A stretch of DNA of 38,638 nt, taken from a virus. The notes under the pieces are model-generated. The model saw nothing but the letters and a program-made list of their open reading frames with translations, was not told the DNA's origin and searched no databases. Location: the IMG/VR virus record IMGVR_UViG_3300033153_003840, positions 1 to 38,638 of that record; one strand, 5' to 3'. The translations under genes and the position numbers were made by a program. Each line of letters starts with the position of its first letter. Positions within the stretch are counted from its first letter, which is position 1. Below, piece after piece: positions 33,332 through 38,638 of the stretch.

Positions 33332-33466
33332 GGTGTTCGATTATACCGAAAGACTGGGTCTTTTCTTGACTTAATCTGGGATTGTGATAATGTATATCTT
33401 TAGACAGTATTAGAAGGCAATCCTTTTAGCAAGGGAACAAGATTTATGGAAAACTCATTTAAATTA

Positions 33467-33553
33467 ACAAAAGTCCCCACAAAGGCCGGATTCGTCCGGG
33501 ACAGGTATCTCTTCATGGGTCACCTGCTTGCTAACCTTTGTGGGGACTTTTGT
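33467..33553 (+). other. 87-nt element closed by a 19-bp perfect stem with two inner hairpins (one with a UUCG loop); candidate RNA leader, RNase III site or ssDNA hairpin
   Basis: ACAAAAGTCCCCACAAAGG (33467-85) is the exact reverse complement of CCTTTGTGGGGACTTTTGT (33535-53). The inner hairpins are CCGGA-TTCG-TCCGG (33486-99) and CAGGT/ACCTG (33502-06/33522-26). Confidence 0.5.
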
Positions 33554-33571
33554 GCGTTTAAGGAGGGGTAT

Positions 33572-33772
33572 ATGAAGGTTGGAGATAGGGTATATACAGT
33601 TAAGGGTTGCCGGATTGTGGGTTGCCGCGATATTTTAGTAATTATTGAAATCGGTAGAAAATGGGGAAGGTTCGATGCGGTTGTTTGTGTAAAACCGAGC
33701 GGAATTAAGCGTCTATTTTTGACTAAAAATCTAAGATTATATAAAGTGATTAATGGCGAATCCTCAAACTGA
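33572..33772 (+). CDS. Hypothetical protein, 66 aa (MKVGDRVYTVKGCRIVGC...); alternative upstream start at 33446
   Basis: AGGAGG (33561-66) lies 5 nt before ATG 33572. The longer track ORF would have to encode the 19-bp inverted repeat and has only a weak SD. Confidence 0.5.
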   Translation: MKVGDRVYTVKGCRIVGCRDILVIIEIGRKWGRFDAVVCVKPSGIKRLFLTKNLRLYKVINGESSN

Positions 33773-34541
33773 AAACGGTCACGTCGATATAGCAAATGAG
33801 CTAGTAGACGCTTTCGCTAGGATTAGAATATCTGGCTTAGAAATGCAATGTCTTTGGGTGATTATTCGCAAAACCTACGGATGGAAAAAGAAGACGGACT
33901 GGATAGCTCTTGGGCAGTTTCAAGACATGACAGGTATGAATCAGGGGAATATTTGTAGAGCTTTAAGAGGATTGCTAGATAAAAACATCATTGCCAAAAT
34001 TGACAATAGACGAGGCGTAAGTTATGGATTACAAAAGAATTATCGTAAGTGGAAACCGTTGTCAAAAAAGGCTAGGGGGAGCCAAAAAAGGCTGTTGAGG
34101 GTCGCCAAAATTGACAATTTGGGGTCGCCAAAATTGACGACTACAAAAGACACTATTACAAAAGACACTATTACAAAAGACACTATTGGGGGAAAGAAAA
34201 AATCTCCCCCCAACCCTGACGTTAAAGTTTTCATTGATTACGTCTTTAAATCCTTTCAAGATAAAACAGGTAGTAAAATGCACATAGACGGGAAGAAAGA
34301 CGGAACGTTAATTAAAGCACTCTTGAAAACTTATCCAATTAATGAACTAACAGAATTATGGGATATCTTTATAAGCTCAACGGATGTTTTTATTCGCAAG
34401 GCTGGTTTCTCTATCGGAGTATTTAAGAGCCAAGTTAATAAGTTGGTATCACAAAAAAATGTACAGCAAAAAGGTACAGACAAAACTTCCGGCAATTGGG
34501 AATTATTAGAACAGAGAAAAAGAGAGGGAAGATATGAATAA
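33753..34541 (+). CDS. Replication initiator, lambda O-like (Phage_rep_O N-terminal domain)
   Basis: The pattern NGHVDIANELVDAFARIRISGLEMQCLWVIIRKTYGWKKKTDWIALGQF matches the O-protein N-domain. Iterons lie in the linker region, as in lambda. Confidence 0.8.
   Translation: MANPQTENGHVDIANELVDAFARIRISGLEMQCLWVIIRKTYGWKKKTDWIALGQFQDMTGMNQGNICRALRGLLDKNIIAKIDNRRGVSYGLQKNYRKWKPLSKKARGSQKRLLRVAKIDNLGSPKLTTTKDTITKDTITKDTIGGKKKSPPNPDVKVFIDYVFKSFQDKTGSKMHIDGKKDGTLIKALLKTYPINELTELWDIFISSTDVFIRKAGFSIGVFKSQVNKLVSQKNVQQKGTDKTSGNWELLEQRKREGRYE
33991..34210. repeat. Iteron cluster / putative origin of replication inside the initiator gene
   Basis: GCCAAAATTGAC(A/G)A occurs 3 times (33993, 34104, 34127), and the last two are 23 nt apart. 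(T/C)CAAAAAAGGCT occurs twice. ACAAAAGACACTATT occurs as 3 perfect tandem copies (34143-34187). A GGGGGA-N11-TCCCCC hairpin follows. Confidence 0.65.
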
Positions 34542-35133
34542 TTCCGACAGAGAAGAGTTTGATGCGGTGATAATTGCTATGGCTGAATTGTTTGACCGGA
34601 AGATGAGCGCGATACAGCTGGACTTATACTTTGAGGCTTTGAAGGATATGAGCCTTGAGGACTTCCGTAAATCTGCCAACACGGTTGCTAGGACTTGTAA
34701 GTTCTTTCCCAAGCCAGTTGAGTTTAGAGAACAAATCATAGTAGGTGTCGATGCTCAAGCCACCCTCGCGCTCGATAAAGTACAGGAGGCTTTCTGGTCT
34801 GCCGGAGTTTATAAGTCGGTAGTCTTTGATGATCCTGTTATCCACGCCGTTATCGACCATCTAGGGGGGTGGGTTAAATACTGCAATACCCCTGACCACG
34901 AGTTGAAGTGGTGGAAGAAAGATTTTGAGAAGAAGTATAGTCACTACGCATCGGTGATTAATTCGCTGAATCCCCCGAAGGTACTATTTGGATTATACGC
35001 GGAGGATGGACACGCAACGGAAGGCGTACGACGACCCATGTTGATGGGCGACAGTCAAAAGGTTTTAGAATGGACGGGTCAAAAGGCTCTACCTACGGCG
35101 TTAGCGGAATGGGATAAGGAGGTAAGTAGATGA
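34534..35133 (+). CDS. Replication accessory protein (helicase-loader / replisome-organiser-like), 199 aa
   Basis: It is coupled to the initiator gene. The N-terminal pattern FDAVIIAMAELFDRKMSAIQLDLYFEALKDMSLEDF...KFFPKPVEF resembles G39P-type loader domains (from memory). Confidence 0.45.
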   Translation: MNNSDREEFDAVIIAMAELFDRKMSAIQLDLYFEALKDMSLEDFRKSANTVARTCKFFPKPVEFREQIIVGVDAQATLALDKVQEAFWSAGVYKSVVFDDPVIHAVIDHLGGWVKYCNTPDHELKWWKKDFEKKYSHYASVINSLNPPKVLFGLYAEDGHATEGVRRPMLMGDSQKVLEWTGQKALPTALAEWDKEVSR

Positions 35134-35213
35134 AAGCGTCAACATTAAATGCGATTAGTATTTTTGTCTTAGCAACAGCTTTTATAATACATTTAATTCT
35201 TCATATTAAATAA
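35130..35213 (+). CDS. Possible 27-aa hydrophobic micropeptide (MKASTLNAISIFVLATAFIIHLILHIK)
   Basis: There is an ATGA overlap with the upstream stop, and AAGGAGG lies 9 nt upstream. It is not in the ORF track. Confidence 0.25.
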   Translation: MKASTLNAISIFVLATAFIIHLILHIK

Positions 35214-35225
35214 CCGGAGGCCAAG

Positions 35226-35474
35226 ATGGATAAGATAACTACAGATAGAACAGTTAGGGAAATAATAAATACCTATTTAGAAGAAAAAGGCTTTGATGGT
35301 CTCTATTCTGATATGGGGAAATGCGGTTGTCTTGCAGACGATTTGATACCCTGTGAGTACTTTAGGGAGGATTGTAGGGTTGGGTATAAAAATGAATGTC
35401 CTACTGGTCTTTGCGCATTTCATATTATGAAGTTTAAGGATGCAGGCGATGACAATTTGTTTTGTGAGGGATAG
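35226..35474 (+). CDS. Cys-rich small protein, 82 aa
   Basis: The motif GFDGLYSDMGKCGCLADDLIPCEYF..DCRVGY recurs in phages (from memory). GGAGG lies upstream. Confidence 0.6.
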   Translation: MDKITTDRTVREIINTYLEEKGFDGLYSDMGKCGCLADDLIPCEYFREDCRVGYKNECPTGLCAFHIMKFKDAGDDNLFCEG

Positions 35475-35599
35475 GATAACGGCTAAAGACAAGAACTACT
35501 CTGACTGCTCCACCTTTCGTTTGTTCCGGTGAATGCTAAAGAGGTTGAAGAGCTAAGAAAGATAATAAGAATGAGCGAATCAGAAGAGGAGTATAGGTT

Positions 35600-36685
35600 A
35601 TGACAGATAATAAGAAGTTGTCGAAGAAAGAGCTGGAGAAAACACTACTTAAACTAACGGTACTTGGGTACGGGGCGTCTGTTTCTGCAAACAAACTCAT
35701 AAGTCATATCGCCGTCCTCGATGGGGAGTTTGAGAAACAAGGGAAAATTATTAGTGTGCTTCACGCTGACTACAACAAGCTAGAAGCCTTCCTTAAAGAA
35801 CGTGAAGACTGGCTCCCCGTCTCCGAGGGTTCATCCTGTGAGACTACCCACTACGCCTGTGAGTGTCAGGTTGGGCTTATCTCTAAGCAGAGGGAAGAGC
35901 TTAAAGAGAAAGATGATGAGATAGAGAGGTTGGAGGAATGTAGGAAGGGGGACCACCAGATACATTCTGACCTCCTTCACGACTGTGCAAAAAAGATAGA
36001 TTTGATAAATTCCCTCAAGCAGAAGGTGGGGGAGCTGGAATCTGTTATCAAAAAGATAGATGATGGTTGGTGTGGAATATTACAAGCAACCCTTCTTGAT
36101 GATAGAGAAAAGGAAATAGAAGACCTCCAGGCCGTTGTCGAGAGGATGAGGGAGGTGGCGAAGCCAGTTATAGAGCAGGCTAGAATATCAGGATATTCAG
36201 AAGAAGTCCCCGATACAGCTTATATAACCTTCACGTTTGACGAAAAACTCCGAAGCAGGTTGAGGGGTAGTGACCTTAAGAGATTCAAGCAAGCCCTCCC
36301 CCAAGAATCCCGTTCCATCCAAAGAAGGAAAGCCGCGCAGAAGGGAGAGCCCATACCGGAGGTTGATAAGGAACCTTGTAAGCATACGGATACGATGATA
36401 GCGAAAGACGTTAAGGGATACAGTGGTGGTGTGAAAGCCTGCGCAGATTGTGGTTTTGTGTTAGATAGAAAACCCGCTATACTTAATACTGAGGAAGGCC
36501 GAGCGAGGGCCGAGAGGTTTTTTAAGCTTAACGATGAGGCTTTAAAGAAATCAGCCCTAGAGATAACTAAGCCTCCTTGCCCTGACTGTGGAGGGAGTAA
36601 AATAAGAGAGCGTTGCGAAGGGTATTCTACTTTTACAACAAGATGTCCAACTTGCAAGGACGGTACAAGGGAGGTGGGGGAGTGA
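35600..36685 (+). CDS. Coiled-coil protein, 361 aa, with C-terminal DnaJ-type zinc-finger motifs
   Basis: Long heptad-rich segments are followed by CADCG, CPDCGGSK and CPTCKDGT (CxxCxGxG-like). Confidence 0.65.
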   Translation: MTDNKKLSKKELEKTLLKLTVLGYGASVSANKLISHIAVLDGEFEKQGKIISVLHADYNKLEAFLKEREDWLPVSEGSSCETTHYACECQVGLISKQREELKEKDDEIERLEECRKGDHQIHSDLLHDCAKKIDLINSLKQKVGELESVIKKIDDGWCGILQATLLDDREKEIEDLQAVVERMREVAKPVIEQARISGYSEEVPDTAYITFTFDEKLRSRLRGSDLKRFKQALPQESRSIQRRKAAQKGEPIPEVDKEPCKHTDTMIAKDVKGYSGGVKACADCGFVLDRKPAILNTEEGRARAERFFKLNDEALKKSALEITKPPCPDCGGSKIRERCEGYSTFTTRCPTCKDGTREVGE

Positions 36686-36816
36686 GTCTAGGCATTTTGT
36701 TACTTATAAATTGCTTCTATAAGTTTAAAATACCAAAGTGGGCATGGGTGCTTGCTAGTGTAGATATGCTTCTAGACCTTCCGAGAAGTATCCAGACTTT
36801 CTACAGACTTTTTTAG
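36682..36816 (+). CDS. Possible 44-aa membrane peptide
   Basis: GTG 36682 overlaps the upstream stop after GGGAGGTGGGGGA. The N-terminus SLGILLLINCF is hydrophobic. Confidence 0.35.
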   Translation: MSLGILLLINCFYKFKIPKWAWVLASVDMLLDLPRSIQTFYRLF

Positions 36817-36830
36817 GAGGATAGATACCA

Positions 36831-37028
36831 ATGACTGATGACCCATGCGTGATATGTAGTGAACTTCGGTTTGCCGAGACTCACTCTTGGAGATTGTTCT
36901 TTTTGTATAAGGATAAGAAATATATCAAATGCCATTTAATGGTGTATCTAAGTCTCATAAACCATCTTTTAATCTGCAACGTCCACAGACAGTACGGGTG
37001 GTTGATGAAGGGAGGAAGTAATGGCTAA
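36831..37028 (+). CDS. Hypothetical protein, 65 aa
   Basis: AGGAGG lies 10 nt upstream. Confidence 0.45.
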   Translation: MTDDPCVICSELRFAETHSWRLFFLYKDKKYIKCHLMVYLSLINHLLICNVHRQYGWLMKGGSNG

Positions 37029-37224
37029 CGAATTGAAGAGCACAAACCCTATAAGTATGAAAATGGCTAAAGAGGTATTAAAGGCACTAGGTGTGTGCTG
37101 GCCTGAATGGGAAAAGTATACCACTAAGACATATAGAGTAGCGAGAAGGTGCGTAGAGTGTGGCTACCAAACGACAGATATGTTTAGTGAGACACTCCAT
37201 ATACCGATGGAGGTGAAGCCATGA
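37021..37224 (+). CDS. Hypothetical protein, 67 aa, with ALGVCWPEW motif (paralogue of the next gene's N-terminus)
   Basis: GGGAGGAAG lies upstream. The motif is shared with 37221..37595. Confidence 0.6.
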   Translation: MANELKSTNPISMKMAKEVLKALGVCWPEWEKYTTKTYRVARRCVECGYQTTDMFSETLHIPMEVKP

Positions 37225-37595
37225 ATAATACCGAAAGAGATAAAGTTATAGCAGAAGCTCTTGGACTGTGTTGGCATGAGTGGAGAGTTTTAGAGCTTGG
37301 GCTTTGTAGGTGCGACAAATGCTCTCTCCAAACATCCGCTACTGGAAGCTATATGCCTGATTTCTCCACCTACGATGGTATGGGTCTTATACTTAAGCTG
37401 GGGCCGAAGGTTCTGGGAGATGCCTGGAAGATGTTTATTAATAAGCAGATGTACGCCCCTAACTCAAAGGGGGAGTGGAATGTAGAACCGATAGATTATG
37501 ACGGGAACATCCCTATAGACTTGCTCCAAGACCCCGATAAACTCGCGGACGAACTCTACCAATTCTTGAAGGAGGAAACAGATGGCAAGGGATAA
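37221..37595 (+). CDS. Hypothetical protein, 124 aa, with ALGLCWHEW motif
   Basis: GGAGGTGA lies upstream and there is an ATGA overlap. Confidence 0.65.
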   Translation: MNNTERDKVIAEALGLCWHEWRVLELGLCRCDKCSLQTSATGSYMPDFSTYDGMGLILKLGPKVLGDAWKMFINKQMYAPNSKGEWNVEPIDYDGNIPIDLLQDPDKLADELYQFLKEETDGKG

Positions 37596-37899
37596 GCTTA
37601 CCGAGGATGAACTAAAGAGGGTGGTGCTTAAAGCATTAAAATTCAAAACTTCGAGTCCTGAACATGAGGGCTATCTTGAGCCGTCCACCCTTGCGGAGTA
37701 CATAGCCCAAGCTGTTAGGGACGCAGGTTACGTGAAGACTACCGATGATTATAATTCGTGTGAATGTGCTGGTTGTGAACTTACGCGCTCGGCTGTAATC
37801 GATATAAACAAAGGTCTTCCACCGGTAGAAGAGATGGAAGAGGCTAACGAAGCGAGGGAGAGGGATGCACTAGCAGATAGTTTAACGGAGAAACCTTAA
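37582..37899 (+). CDS. Hypothetical acidic protein, 105 aa
   Basis: AAGGAGG lies upstream. Confidence 0.6.
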   Translation: MARDKLTEDELKRVVLKALKFKTSSPEHEGYLEPSTLAEYIAQAVRDAGYVKTTDDYNSCECAGCELTRSAVIDINKGLPPVEEMEEANEARERDALADSLTEKP

Positions 37900-38243
37900 T
37901 GAATAAAGCAGACCGTGAAAGGATTGATTATCGATGCAAGTGTGCTAACGGAGTACATTTGACCTTGCTCAATAAGATTTGTAATGGGTGGATAGCCGAG
38001 CATCGTTTTCATCCCACTCGAAGGTGGCGGTTTGACTTCGCTCTTCCTGAATATAAGATAGCGATTGAGATAGAGGGTGGCATATTCAGTCATGGACGGC
38101 ACACTAGAGGGGTGGGGTATATTAAAGACCTCGAAAAATATAATGAGGCGGTTATGCTGGATTGGCGAATATTGCGTTATACCCCCACTCAATTAGGGGA
38201 GATGGTTAGAGATGTCGAGAGAATGGTCAAGGAGTTAGGCTAA
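37899..38243 (+). CDS. PD-(D/E)XK nuclease, Vsr/DUF559-like; possible structure-specific endonuclease
   Basis: The pattern is WRFDFALPEYKIAIEIEGGIFSHGRHTRGVGYIKDLEKYNEAVMLDWRILRYT. Confidence 0.6.
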   Translation: MNKADRERIDYRCKCANGVHLTLLNKICNGWIAEHRFHPTRRWRFDFALPEYKIAIEIEGGIFSHGRHTRGVGYIKDLEKYNEAVMLDWRILRYTPTQLGEMVRDVERMVKELG

Positions 38244-38332
38244 TATAGCTCGTTATTCGCGCGTGAAGGGGTCTAGGAGCCACGGAAGGGGGCAAAGAGG
38301 TAGTTGGATATGGGTGCAAATTAGGGGGAAAT

Positions 38333-38518
38333 ATGGAAACTCAAGAAAATCAAGGACTTACGGGAACGGTTTGCTCTGTATGCGACGGAAGGCTTATAGA
38401 CGCTCTTACCGGGTGGAACCATGACTTCTATAAGGACGTGCTTAAGTGCGTATCGTGTAGCCGGATGTACAAAATAGAGAGTGGGGAGTTAAGACCATAT
38501 ACAGGAAGGTCTAAATGA
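38333..38518 (+). CDS. Zinc-ribbon protein, 61 aa
   Basis: It has CSVCDG...CVSC, with GGGGGA upstream. Confidence 0.6.
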   Translation: METQENQGLTGTVCSVCDGRLIDALTGWNHDFYKDVLKCVSCSRMYKIESGELRPYTGRSK

Positions 38519-38638
38519 AACTAACCCGTTTATCTCTATCCCAGATAGCCGTAAACATGGACGATAAGGAGTTTAAGGACTTACTCGGAAAACAGTTGGG
38601 TCCGAAGTTAAAGACCGAGGGGTTTGAGGTTGATGCGG
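38515..38638 (+). CDS. 5' part of the junction-spanning 58-aa ORF (continues at 115..167 of the circular map)
   Basis: ATG 38515 overlaps the upstream TGA. The reading frame runs off the window end inside the terminal repeat. Confidence 0.5.
   Translation, partial: MKLTRLSLSQIAVNMDDKEFKDLLGKQLGPKLKTEGFEVDA
38525..38638. repeat. Terminal direct repeat, copy B (identical to 1..114)
   Basis: It matches the window start exactly over 114 nt. Confidence 0.95.

Noticed and set aside
33348-33365. An AAAGAC-tgg-GTCTTT hairpin as the terminator after the gene at 33080.
   Set aside because: It has only 6 AT-rich base pairs, a 3-nt loop and a short T-run. That is too weak to call.
33660-33690. A GGTTCGATG T-loop-like string, and a general scan for tRNA genes.
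   Set aside because: The flanks cannot form a T-stem or a cloverleaf. It lies inside a coding region. I saw no tRNA elsewhere.

Overview
The window is a complete tailed-phage genome. Its first 114 nt are identical to its last 114 nt, which indicates a circular or circularly permuted assembly with 38,524 bp of unique sequence. Two gene arms diverge from a control region at 25992..26163.

The minus-strand arm (25991 down to 1625) encodes, in order: small terminase, portal, scaffold, major capsid protein, a putative cement protein, a T7 gp11/gp12-like adaptor and nozzle, a gp13-16-like internal-protein block that includes a 1514-aa giant, large terminase and a tail fibre. These are followed by a lysis cassette (M15 peptidase, a 3-TM holin and small membrane proteins). 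Last comes a distal module of repeat-rich fibre-like proteins.

The plus-strand arm (26164 to 38638, wrapping round to about 1610) starts with a Cro-like HTH gene and many small, often zinc-ribbon, proteins. It then carries an Erf/YqaJ/NinB-like recombination module, an HNH-AP2 homing-endonuclease cassette and a lambda-O-like initiator with iterons inside its own gene. Further nucleases lie beyond these.

I found no RNA or DNA polymerase, integrase, reverse transcriptase, tRNA or CRISPR array. All family names are recognised by eye and from memory; no search was run.

The items most worth follow-up are:
- long perfect-stem intergenic elements at 31462..31583 and 33467..33553
- the ori-like iteron cluster at 33991..34210
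- a palindromic operator inside the early promoter
- an inverted-repeat-flanked HNH cassette with its own promoter and attenuator
- a Gly/Tyr/Asp microsatellite-encoded microprotein
- the post-lysis repeat-protein module at 1625..5792
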